This document shows, piece by piece, positions 1 to 10,525 of a DNA stretch of 64,000 nucleotides. A program made the translations under genes and the position numbers. Origin of the DNA: Anaeromyxobacteraceae bacterium. Lineage in GTDB: Bacteria; Myxococcota; Myxococcia; Myxococcales; Anaeromyxobacteraceae. The stretch lies in NCBI GenBank assembly GCA_032654565.1, contig JAULAX010000018.1, forward strand, positions 410,033 through 474,032. The letters run 5' to 3'. Below the pieces are notes generated by a model that had not been told where the DNA came from, ran no database searches, and saw only the letters and a list, made by a program, of their open reading frames with translations. Within the stretch, counting starts at the first letter, position 1. The number at the start of each line of letters is the position of its first letter.

Positions 1-2281
<2,281 letters not shown>

Positions 2282-2390
2282 GGAGGCAGGTATCTAACGC
2301 GCCGGGGCCCCGGTGGCCACCCGCCCTGCCCCCCGCCGGCCCCACCCGCTCCCTTCCGTGACCCCCACCGAGGTGGTACGACCGCGGGTC

Positions 2391-3362
2391 ATGGCCAGCC
2401 CCGGAATGCCACTGTCGGTGCCAGCACCGCTGCCGGTGCCCAGCCGGGGCCGGGCGCGGACCTTGCTCTTCGGCGCCGGCGTGCTCTTCGGCCTCTCCGC
2501 CATGCTGGCCCGGCTGGCCTCCACCGGCGGCCAGATGAGCGGCGGGCGGGTGACCCTGGTCCGCTTCGTGGTCGGGGTGGTGGCGGTGCTGGCGCTCTTC
2601 GTGGCCCGCCCCGGGACCTTCCGGCCGGTCCGCTACTCGCTGCTGGTCTCCCGTGGCCTCTTCGGGGGGCTGGCCGCCCTCTGCTACTTCATGGCCCTCT
2701 CGCTCATCCCCGCCGGCGAGGCCACGCTGCTCAACAACACCTTCCCCATCTGGGCGGTGCTGCTCTCCTTCTTCCTGCTCGGTGAGCGCCCCACCTTCCA
2801 CCTGGCGGTGGCGCTGGTGATCGCCTCGGCCGGCGTCTTCCTGGTGGTGGGCGACGGGCGGCTCAGCTTCTCGCTCGGCCTCGGCGAGGGGCTGGGCATC
2901 CTCTCGGCGGTGCTGGGCGGCTTCGCCGTCACCAGCATCCGCGCCCTGCGGGCCACCGACAACGCCCCCACCATCTTCTTCGCCATGGCGGTGGGCGGGG
3001 TGCTGGTCTCGCTCCCCTTCGCCTTCGGCCCCTGGGCCACCGGCGCCTGGCCGGTCGACCTGCTGCCCTGGGTGGCGGCCGGCGCCTGCGGGGTGGTGGC
3101 CTTCCTGGCCCAGCTGCTCATGACCGAGGCCTACGGCACCCTCTCGGTGCCGGAGGCGGCCCTCTGGCAGCAGCTGACGCCGCTGGCCACCTTCGGCTGG
3201 GCGCTGGCCATCGGCGAGCGGCTCACCGGCGTCACCCTGCTGGGCGTGCTGCTGGGCATCGCCGGGGTGGTCTACGGCGCCGTGCTCGGCCACGTGCCGC
3301 GCCCCGGCGCCAGCCCGGTGCTGCGCGAGGCGGCGGCCGGCCTGCCCACCGAGGAGCCATGA
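2391..3362 (+). CDS. EamA/DMT-family transporter
   Basis: About 10 predicted TM helices with a duplicated EamA-like pattern (..LFGAGVLFGLSAMLARLAS.., ..EATLLNNTFPIWAVLLSFFLLGERP..). Start is uncertain: the track ORF begins at GTG 2313, and I prefer ATG 2391. Confidence 0.8.
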   Translation: MASPGMPLSVPAPLPVPSRGRARTLLFGAGVLFGLSAMLARLASTGGQMSGGRVTLVRFVVGVVAVLALFVARPGTFRPVRYSLLVSRGLFGGLAALCYFMALSLIPAGEATLLNNTFPIWAVLLSFFLLGERPTFHLAVALVIASAGVFLVVGDGRLSFSLGLGEGLGILSAVLGGFAVTSIRALRATDNAPTIFFAMAVGGVLVSLPFAFGPWATGAWPVDLLPWVAAGACGVVAFLAQLLMTEAYGTLSVPEAALWQQLTPLATFGWALAIGERLTGVTLLGVLLGIAGVVYGAVLGHVPRPGASPVLREAAAGLPTEEP

Positions 3363-4270
3363 GCGGCCCCGGCACCCGGGGGCGGGCGCGGCTGCTGCTG
3401 CTCGGCTCGGCGCTCTGCTTCGGGCTGATGGCGGTGCTGGCCCGCCACCTCTCCCGCGGCCCCGGCGCCTTCACCGCCGGCCACCTCTCGGTGATCCGCT
3501 TCGGGCTGGGGGCGGCCGTCTCGCTGCTGGCCTTCCGCCTCCGCCCCGGCCTCCACGCCCCGCAGCGGCTGCGCCTGCTCTGGACCCGCGGCCTCTCCGG
3601 CGGCGTGGTGGTGGTGCTCTACTTCCTGGCGCTGGCCCGCATCCCGGCCGGCGAGGCGGGGATGCTCTACAACCTCTTCCCGGTCATCGCCACGCTGCTG
3701 GCCATCCCGGTCTTCGGCGAGCGCCCCACCGTCCACCTGCTGCTGGCGCTGCTGGTGGCCTCGGCCGGGGTGGGGCTGGTGCTGGGGGGCGGAACCCTCT
3801 CGCTGGGGCTGGGGGCCGGCGAGCTCTTCGCCCTGGCGGCGGCCTGCTTCGCCGCCTTCTCGGCGGTGACCATCCGGGCCATGCGCCCCACCGAGAACGC
3901 CGCCACCATCTTCTTCTACTTCTGCCTGGGCGGCCTGCCGGTGGCGCTCCCCTTCGCGCTCGATCCCTGGCCGCTCGACCCGGCGGCCTGGGGGCTGGCG
4001 GCGCTGATGGCGCTGGCCGCCTACGGCGCCCAGGTGCTGATGGCCGAGGCCTACGGGGCGCTCACCGTGGGCGAGGCGGCCATCTGGCTGCAGCTGACCC
4101 CCATCGCCCAGGTGGCGCTGGGGGCGGCGCTGCTCTCGGAGCGGCTCCCGCCGCTGGCGCTGGTGGGGGTGGTGGTGGGGGTGGCCGGCGTGGCCTACGG
4201 CTCGGTGATGGGGGCGAGGCGCCCCGTCGACGGTGACGGACTGCTGCGCGCCGGAGCGGGGAAGCGGTAG
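3359..4270 (+). CDS. EamA/DMT-family transporter (tandem paralog)
   Basis: Same architecture as the upstream gene (..AGEAGMLYNLFPVIATLLAIPVFGERP..). ATGA overlap with the upstream stop at 3359-3362. Confidence 0.8.
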   Translation: MSGPGTRGRARLLLLGSALCFGLMAVLARHLSRGPGAFTAGHLSVIRFGLGAAVSLLAFRLRPGLHAPQRLRLLWTRGLSGGVVVVLYFLALARIPAGEAGMLYNLFPVIATLLAIPVFGERPTVHLLLALLVASAGVGLVLGGGTLSLGLGAGELFALAAACFAAFSAVTIRAMRPTENAATIFFYFCLGGLPVALPFALDPWPLDPAAWGLAALMALAAYGAQVLMAEAYGALTVGEAAIWLQLTPIAQVALGAALLSERLPPLALVGVVVGVAGVAYGSVMGARRPVDGDGLLRAGAGKR

Positions 4271-4319
4271 AGTCCCCGGGCGCCTCACGCTGGTCCACCA
4301 CCGCCCCCGGAGACCCACC

Positions 4320-4868
4320 ATGCGCCACCTCGTCGCCGTCCTCGCCCTCAGCCTGGCCCTCCCTGCGTTCGCCCGCGAGGTGGCGGGGGTCCAGGTCCCC
4401 GACGCCGCCACCGTGGGCGGCAAGACCCTGGCGCTCAACGGCGCCGGCCTGCGCTCCAAGCTCTTCATCAAGGTCTACGTGGGCGCGCTCTACCTGGAGC
4501 AGCGCTCCTCCGACGCCGCCGCCATCGTCGCCGCCGACGCCCCCTGGAAGGTGGCGATGTTCTTCAAGCGCGACGTCGACAAGTCGTCGATCCTGGGCGC
4601 CTTCAAGGACGGGTTCGAGAACAACTCCAAGGCCGACCTGGCCAAGGTGGTCCCCAGCCTGGCCCGCATCGACGCCATCATGAAGGACCTGAAGAGCGGC
4701 GACGTGCTGGAGATCTCCTACGTCCCCGGGGCCGGCTCCACCGTGGCCGCGCCGGGCGGGGCCACCGTCACCATCGAGGGCAAGACCTTCGCCGACGCCC
4801 TGCTGCGCAACTGGCTGGGCGACAAGCCGGCCGACGGCGACCTGAAGAGCGGGATGCTGGGGAAGTAG
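4320..4868 (+). CDS. Chalcone-isomerase-like family protein, secreted
   Basis: Signal peptide MRHLVAVLALSLALPAFA. The motif KLFIKVYVGALYLE is typical of bacterial chalcone-isomerase-like (Chalcone_3) proteins. Start moved to the internal ATG at 4320. Confidence 0.7.
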   Translation: MRHLVAVLALSLALPAFAREVAGVQVPDAATVGGKTLALNGAGLRSKLFIKVYVGALYLEQRSSDAAAIVAADAPWKVAMFFKRDVDKSSILGAFKDGFENNSKADLAKVVPSLARIDAIMKDLKSGDVLEISYVPGAGSTVAAPGGATVTIEGKTFADALLRNWLGDKPADGDLKSGMLGK

Positions 4869-5036
4869 CGCGCCGGACCTGGCCTGGCTGGCGGCGCAGG
4901 AGGTCGGCCGGCCGGGGGCGTGGCCGAGGCTGGCCGGGCCAGGAGGCACGTGACACCGGGCCGGTGCCAGCGTGACTCCTGGTCACTGGTCACGACCTTG
5001 AGCGGCTCGACCTGTACCCGGAGGTGGTCCCTCCTT

Positions 5037-5065
5037 CGCAACTTCGTGCGCCCGAAGTTGCGTTT
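5037..5065. terminator. Terminator-like hairpin between convergent genes
   Basis: Perfect 10-bp stem, CGCAACTTCG-tgcgcc-CGAAGTTGCG, followed by TTTGGGGG. Lies between the + gene ending at 4868 and the - gene ending at 5078. Confidence 0.5.
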
Positions 5066-5077
5066 GGGGGAGGCGAC

Positions 5078-5821
5078 TCAGTCCCTTCGCCGTCCGCCCA
5101 GCAGCTGCAGCACCGCCAGGAACAGGTTGATGAAGTCGAGGTAGAGCGAGAGCGCCCCGCCGATGGGGGCGCCGGCCGTGGTGGCGCCGCCGGCCCGGGC
5201 GTAGGCCCGGAGCTTCTGGGTGTCGTAGGCGGTCAGGCCGGTGAAGACCACCACCGCGGCGCAGGAGATGACGAACTGCATCGCCGAGCTCTGCAAGAAC
5301 ATGTTGACCAGGCCGGCGATGACCACCCCGAAGAGCCCCATCACCAGGAACGAGCTCCAGCTGGTCAGGTCGCGGCTGGTCACGGTGCCGTAGACGCTCA
5401 TGGCGGCGAAGGTGCCGGCGGTGATGCCGAAGGCCAGCGCCACCGAGTCGCCGGTGTAGACCAGCAGCAGCACCGAGAAGGTCACCCCGGTGAGCGCCGA
5501 GTAGAGCAGGAAGAGCCCGCCGGCGGCGGCGCGAGAGAGGCGCGGCAGCATCGACGAGAGGGCGATGACCACGCCGAACTGGGCGATCATCAGGCCGTAG
5601 AAGACCCAGCGGTTCCGGACCACCACCTCGAGCACCGCCGGGGTGGCGGCGACGGTGAAGGCGACGCCGGCGGTGACCAGCAGCCCCAGCGCCATCCAGC
5701 GGTAGACGGCGCCGATGAAGGCGCGCTCGGCGCTGACCGCGCCGACGGCGTAGGGGGGCGGCTGGCCGGTGACGGTGATGGGGTAGGGCGAGCGGGCCTG
5801 CGGCTTGGGTTCGAAGGGCAT
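5078..5821 (-). CDS. Bax inhibitor-1/YccA family membrane protein
   Basis: 247 aa with 7 TM helices. N-terminal ..ERAFIGAVYRWMALGLLVTAG.. and C-terminal ..GALSLYLDFINLFLAVLQLLG.. are typical of the BI-1/YccA family. Confidence 0.85.
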   Translation of the reverse strand: MPFEPKPQARSPYPITVTGQPPPYAVGAVSAERAFIGAVYRWMALGLLVTAGVAFTVAATPAVLEVVVRNRWVFYGLMIAQFGVVIALSSMLPRLSRAAAGGLFLLYSALTGVTFSVLLLVYTGDSVALAFGITAGTFAAMSVYGTVTSRDLTSWSSFLVMGLFGVVIAGLVNMFLQSSAMQFVISCAAVVVFTGLTAYDTQKLRAYARAGGATTAGAPIGGALSLYLDFINLFLAVLQLLGGRRRD

Positions 5822-5848
5822 GGCGATCTCTCTAACACGCGGGGGGTG

Positions 5849-6193
5849 TCATTTCTTCCGGAAGAGGGCCTCCAGGGCGTCGCGGGGGTCCTCCTCGCGG
5901 GCGGCGGGGGCCTCGCCGAAGAGGGCCCGCAGGGCGTCCTTGGCCTGGCGCGACGACTGCCGCCGGCGTGGGGCGCCGTCGCCGAGCTGGAACAGGTCGC
6001 AGGGGTTGGAGCCGAGCTTGTCGACGATCCGGTCGGCGTGGGGCTCGCGGCACTCGTTGCCGGCGGTCTCGTCGTGGTGCCGGCAGTTGATGCAGCGGTG
6101 CAGGTCGGCGTCGCACTCGGGGCAGGTGGTGCGCCGGCCGATGGGGCCGTCGAAGACCAGGGTGGCGCCGCAGCCGTAGCAGGAGGTGGCCAT
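5849..6193 (-). CDS. Small zinc-ribbon protein
   Basis: MATSCYGCGATL..CPECDADLHRCINCRHHD..: CxxC pairs followed by an acidic/basic tail. Start moved to the ATG at 6193, preceded by GGAGG. Confidence 0.6.
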   Translation of the reverse strand: MATSCYGCGATLVFDGPIGRRTTCPECDADLHRCINCRHHDETAGNECREPHADRIVDKLGSNPCDLFQLGDGAPRRRQSSRQAKDALRALFGEAPAAREEDPRDALEALFRKK

Positions 6194-6228
6194 GGCGGTA
6201 TCATGAATCGGCCGGGGTGCCGGCGGCA

Positions 6229-7173
6229 ATGCGAGAACCGATCCCCTTCGGAAAGTACCTGCTGCTGGACCGGCTCGCCGTCGGCGGGATGGCCGAGGTC
6301 TGGCTGGCGGTGCGCCCGGTGGCCCCCCGCCAGCGGCTGGTGGTGAAGCGGCTCCTCCCCACGCTGGCCGACGATCCCACCTTCGTCACCATGTTCCTCG
6401 ACGAGGCCCGCCTCGGGGCCCAGCTCGACCACCCCGGCGTGGTCCCGCTCCACGACCTGGGGCGGGAGCCGGGCGGCTACTACCTGGCCATGGACTACGT
6501 CCCCGGGGCCGACCTGCGCGCCCTGCTGGTCCGGCTCCGCTCCCGGCGGCGGCTGCTCCCGGTGGCGCTGGCCTGCTGGATCGGCGTCCGGGTCGCCGAG
6601 GCGCTCGACCACGCCCACCGCGCCACCGGCCGGGACGGGGCCCCGCTCCAGGTGGTCCACCGCGACCTCTCCCCGGCCAACGTGCTGCTCGGCTTCGACG
6701 GCGGGGTCCGGGTCATCGACTTCGGGGTGGCCAGCGCCGCCTTCCGCGCCCACCGGGAGGGGACGGCGCTGCGCGGCAAGTTCGGTTACCTCTCGCCGGA
6801 GCAGGTGCGCGGGCTGCCGGTCGACCGGCGGGCCGACCTCTTCTCGCTGGGCGCCGTCCTGCACGAGGCGCTGGCCGGGGAGCGGCTCTTCCGCGGCCCC
6901 TCGGACCTCGCCGTGCTGGAGCGGGTCCGGACCGCCGACGTCCGCCCGCCGTCGCTGCGGAACCCGGCGGTGCCGCCGGGGCTCGACGCGGTGGTGCTGC
7001 GGGCCCTGGCGCGCGAGCCGGCCGACCGCTACCCCGGGGCGGACGGGCTGGCGGAGGCGCTGCGACCCTTCGCGGTGGGGGCCGGGGCCGGGGACCTGGC
7101 GGCGCTGCTCGGAGAGCTCTTCGAGGCCGAGGCCGACCGCGAGCGGGCCTGGCAGGCCGCCGGCCCGACCTAG
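6229..7173 (+). CDS. Hanks-type Ser/Thr protein kinase (catalytic domain only)
   Basis: Kinase motifs present: G-loop LAVGGMAEVW, VVKRL lysine, HRDLSPANVLL catalytic loop (Ser in place of the usual Lys), DFG, SPE. Confidence 0.85.
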   Translation: MREPIPFGKYLLLDRLAVGGMAEVWLAVRPVAPRQRLVVKRLLPTLADDPTFVTMFLDEARLGAQLDHPGVVPLHDLGREPGGYYLAMDYVPGADLRALLVRLRSRRRLLPVALACWIGVRVAEALDHAHRATGRDGAPLQVVHRDLSPANVLLGFDGGVRVIDFGVASAAFRAHREGTALRGKFGYLSPEQVRGLPVDRRADLFSLGAVLHEALAGERLFRGPSDLAVLERVRTADVRPPSLRNPAVPPGLDAVVLRALAREPADRYPGADGLAEALRPFAVGAGAGDLAALLGELFEAEADRERAWQAAGPT

Positions 7174-8327
7174 TTCCTCAGCACCTTGCGGAGCGGGTCG
7201 AGGAGGACGTCGCCCACCACCCGCGGTGAACTCTCCAGGTCGGCCGCCAGCACCGCCACGGTCTCGACGTCGAGCCGGATCCGCTCCCACTCGTCGGCGT
7301 TCACCTTGAGGAAGCCTTCGGCGATGCGGGGGTCGAACTGGGTGCCGGCGCAGCGCTCGATCTCGGCGCGCGCCTCGGAGAAGGGGCGGGCCTTGCGGTA
7401 GGGCCGGTCGCTGGTCATGGCGTCGAGGGTGTCGACCACGTGGAAGATGCGGGCCCCGATGACGATCTGCTCGCCGCGCAGGCCGCTGGGGTAGCCCGAG
7501 CCGTCCCACTTCTCCTGGTGCTGCAGGACGATCTGCGAGGCCGGGCGGAGGTAGTCGACCCGCTGCAGCAGGGCCCAGCCCAGCTCCGGGTGGCGCTTCA
7601 TCTCGCTCCACTCGATGGTGTCGAGCGGCCCCTCCTTGAGCAGCACCCGGTCGCGGACCCCGATCTTGCCGATGTCGTGGAGCAGCGCGCCGTGCTCGAT
7701 GACGGTGAGCTCCGGCTCGCCGAGGCCGAGGGCCTGGGCCAGGCGGCGGGCGTAGAGCGAGACCCGGCGGGAGTGCCACTGGGTCTCGGCGTCGCGGTAG
7801 TCGAGCGCGGCGATCAGCCCCTCGAGGAGCGCCTGGGTGCGGTGCCGGACCATCTCCTCCAGCTTCTGGTTCATCTCCCGGAGCTGGCCGTTCTGGCGCT
7901 GCACCTCGTTGGTCAGCCACTCGTTCTCGCTGCGGAGCCGGGCGGCCTCGGCGGCCTGGTTGACGGTGGCCACCAGCTCCTGCTGGTGCCAGGGCTTGGA
8001 GATGATGCGGAAGACCTCGCCGGCGTTGACGGCCTGCAGGGCGACGCGGAAGTCCTCGGCGGCGGTGCAGAGGATGCGGACCGCGCCCGGGGCCCGCTCC
8101 CGGGTCTGCTTGAGGAAGGAGATGCCGTCGAGGCCGGGCATCATGAAGTCGCTGATCACCACCACCGGCCGGTCCTGCTCGATGTTGGCGAGCGCGACGA
8201 TGGGATCCTGGTAGCAGCGCGGATCGTAGCCGACGCTCTCGAGGATGCGCGCCAGCGCCTTGAGGATCAGCTCGTCGTCGTCGACGATGAGGACACGTTC
8301 CGCGATCACGAAGGCGGAGCAGAGCAC
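7170..8327 (-). CDS. Response regulator receiver fused to an HD-GYP domain (putative c-di-GMP phosphodiesterase)
   Basis: Receiver domain: RVLIVDDDELI..ISDFMMPGLDG. HD-GYP domain: LLHDIGK..HQEKWDGSGYPSGL. Exact start is uncertain (ATG 8327 or GTG 8309). Confidence 0.88.
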   Translation of the reverse strand: MLCSAFVIAERVLIVDDDELILKALARILESVGYDPRCYQDPIVALANIEQDRPVVVISDFMMPGLDGISFLKQTRERAPGAVRILCTAAEDFRVALQAVNAGEVFRIISKPWHQQELVATVNQAAEAARLRSENEWLTNEVQRQNGQLREMNQKLEEMVRHRTQALLEGLIAALDYRDAETQWHSRRVSLYARRLAQALGLGEPELTVIEHGALLHDIGKIGVRDRVLLKEGPLDTIEWSEMKRHPELGWALLQRVDYLRPASQIVLQHQEKWDGSGYPSGLRGEQIVIGARIFHVVDTLDAMTSDRPYRKARPFSEARAEIERCAGTQFDPRIAEGFLKVNADEWERIRLDVETVAVLAADLESSPRVVGDVLLDPLRKVLRN

Positions 8328-8410
8328 GCGGGCGCCCGCCCCGCAAGGCTCTGGCCGGCGGTCCGGCGAGGTGCGGGGCCGGCGGCGGCGGTGTAGGCTG
8401 GCGGCCGCGG

Positions 8411-10525
8411 ATGGAGGGAGCGCCCGTGACGCGAGCCGACCTGCTGCCCGGCAAGCCGTTCCCGCTCGGCGCCACGCCGGGACCGGACGGGGTCAACTTC
8501 AGCGTCTGGTCTCGCGACGCCACCGGGATCGAGCTGCTGCTCTTCGACGCCGCCGACAGCGCCCGCCCCTCGCGGATCATCAAGCTGCAGCGCGACCAGC
8601 ACCACACCTACCACTACTGGCACGTGCTGGTGGCCGGCCTGGGCCCTGGGCAGCACTACGGCTGGCGGGCCCAGGGGCCCTTCCGACCCGACGCCGGGCT
8701 CCGCTTCGACGGCGAGAAGCTGCTGCTCGATCCCTACGCCCGGGCCATCGCCGTGCCCCCCGGCTACGACCGGGAGGCGGCCACCCGGCGTGGCGACAAC
8801 GCCGGGGTGGCCATGAAGTCGGTGGTGGCCGACCTCTCCCGCTTCGACTGGGAGGGGGACCAGCGGCTCCGCCACCCCTTCTCCCGCACCGCCATCTACG
8901 AGCTGCACGTCCGCGGCTTCACCCGCCACCCCAGCTCGGGCGTGGCCGAGCCGCGGCGCGGCACCTACGCCGGCCTGGTCGAGAAGATCCCCTACCTCAA
9001 GTCCCTCGGCGTCACCGCGGTGGAGCTCCTGCCGGTCTTCCAGTACGACCCCCAGGACGCGCCGCCCGGGCGCCGCAACGCCTGGGGCTACTCGCCGGTC
9101 TCCTTCTTCGCGCTGCACACCGCCTACGCCGCCGCCGGCGAGCCGCTGGCGGCGCTCGACGAGTTCCGCGAGATGGTCAAGGCGCTCCACCGGGCCGGGC
9201 TCGAGGTGATCCTCGACGTGGTCTACAACCACACCGCCGAGTCCGACGAGCGCGGGCCCACCCTGGGCTTCCGGGGGCTCGACAACCGGGCCTACTACCT
9301 GCTGGAGCAGGACTGGTCCCGGTACGCCAACTACACCGGCTGCGGCAACACCCTCAAGGCCCACCACCCGGTGGTGCGCCGGCTCATCCTCGACAGCCTG
9401 CGCCACTGGGTCTCCGAGATGCACGTCGACGGGTTCCGCTTCGACCTGGCCTCGGTGCTGGCCCGCGACGAGGCCGGCCACCCGCAGAGCAGCCCGCCCA
9501 TCGTCTGGGAGATCGAGAGCGACCCGCTGCTGTGCGGCACCAAGCTGATCGCCGAGGCCTGGGACGCCGCCGGGCTCTACCAGGTGGGGCAGTGGGTGGG
9601 CGACTCCTGGAAGGAGTGGAACGGTCGCTTCCGCGACGACGTCCGCGGCTTCGTGCGCGGCGAGCCGGGGATGGTGGGCCGGCTCGCCAACCGCATCTTC
9701 GCCAGCCCCGACCTCTACGCCGGCGACCAGCTGGAGCCGGAGCAGAGCGTCAACTTCGTCACCTGCCACGACGGCTTCACGCTCAACGACCTGGTCAGCT
9801 ACGACCGCAAGGCCAACCTGGCCAACGGCGAGGAGAACCGCGACGGGGCCGACGACAACCGCTCCTGGAACTGCGGCGTCGAGGGGCCCAGCGACGATCC
9901 GGCCGTGGAGGCGCTTCGCTCGCGCCAGGTGCGCAACCTGCTGGCCCTGACCCTGCTCTCCAGCGGCGTGCCCATGATCACCATGGGCGACGAGGCGCGC
10001 CGCACCCAGCTCGGCAACAACAACGCCTGGTGCCACGACGGCCCGCTCACCTGGCTGGACTGGGACCTGGTGGAGCGGCAGGCCGGCCTGCGCAGCTTCG
10101 TGCGGCGCCTGCTCGACCTGCGCTTCGCCTTCGATCCCACCGCGGCCAGCGACGGCGTCCCGCTCCGCGAGTTCCTCACCCGGGCCCGCATCGAGTGGCA
10201 CGGGGTCCGGCTCGACGCCCCGGACTGGGGCCCGGAGTCGCGCAGCCTGGCGGTCTGCTTCACGGCGCGCGGCCGCTCCGGGCGGATCTACATGGCCTTC
10301 AACGCCTTCTGGGAGCCGCTGGAGTTCGAGCTGCCCACGGCGCCGCGGAGCTGGCGGCGGCTGGTGGACACGGCGCGGCCGTCACCTGACGACGCCGTCG
10401 GCTGGGCCGACAACGCCACGGTGGCGGGGTCGAGCTACCGGGTGGAGGCCCGCTCCCTGGTCATGCTGGGGACCCACGGGGCCCGGCGGCGTGACGCCGG
10501 CGGGCCGGCGACCCGGGGCCGCTAG
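8411..10525 (+). CDS. glgX: Glycogen debranching enzyme GlgX
   Basis: 704 aa. N-terminal ..PLGATPGPDGVNFSVWSRDATGIELLLFD.. GH13 motifs present: DVVYNHT, GFRFDLAS, EAWD, FVTCHDGFTLNDL. Confidence 0.92.
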   Translation: MEGAPVTRADLLPGKPFPLGATPGPDGVNFSVWSRDATGIELLLFDAADSARPSRIIKLQRDQHHTYHYWHVLVAGLGPGQHYGWRAQGPFRPDAGLRFDGEKLLLDPYARAIAVPPGYDREAATRRGDNAGVAMKSVVADLSRFDWEGDQRLRHPFSRTAIYELHVRGFTRHPSSGVAEPRRGTYAGLVEKIPYLKSLGVTAVELLPVFQYDPQDAPPGRRNAWGYSPVSFFALHTAYAAAGEPLAALDEFREMVKALHRAGLEVILDVVYNHTAESDERGPTLGFRGLDNRAYYLLEQDWSRYANYTGCGNTLKAHHPVVRRLILDSLRHWVSEMHVDGFRFDLASVLARDEAGHPQSSPPIVWEIESDPLLCGTKLIAEAWDAAGLYQVGQWVGDSWKEWNGRFRDDVRGFVRGEPGMVGRLANRIFASPDLYAGDQLEPEQSVNFVTCHDGFTLNDLVSYDRKANLANGEENRDGADDNRSWNCGVEGPSDDPAVEALRSRQVRNLLALTLLSSGVPMITMGDEARRTQLGNNNAWCHDGPLTWLDWDLVERQAGLRSFVRRLLDLRFAFDPTAASDGVPLREFLTRARIEWHGVRLDAPDWGPESRSLAVCFTARGRSGRIYMAFNAFWEPLEFELPTAPRSWRRLVDTARPSPDDAVGWADNATVAGSSYRVEARSLVMLGTHGARRRDAGGPATRGR

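Noticed and set aside
6600-6700. Kinase catalytic loop HRDLSPAN (Ser instead of the canonical Lys), suggesting a pseudokinase
   Set aside because: All other catalytic motifs (VxK lysine, HRD Asp, N, DFG, SPE) are intact. I recall, without being able to verify, that the HRD-x-S-P-x-N variant is common in bacterial Hanks kinases. This is not enough to call a pseudokinase.
5590-8607. 1005-aa minus-strand ORF spanning the BI-1, kinase and HD-GYP loci. The same applies to 8245..10389, 8306..10201, 20932..23364, 40334..42835, 46070..48448, 53508..56828, 54721..56865, 59999..62299 and 61836..63887.
   Set aside because: All are Arg/Pro/Gly/Ala-rich translations that overlap genes with clear family motifs in another frame or strand. 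They are stop-codon-poor shadows, not genes.
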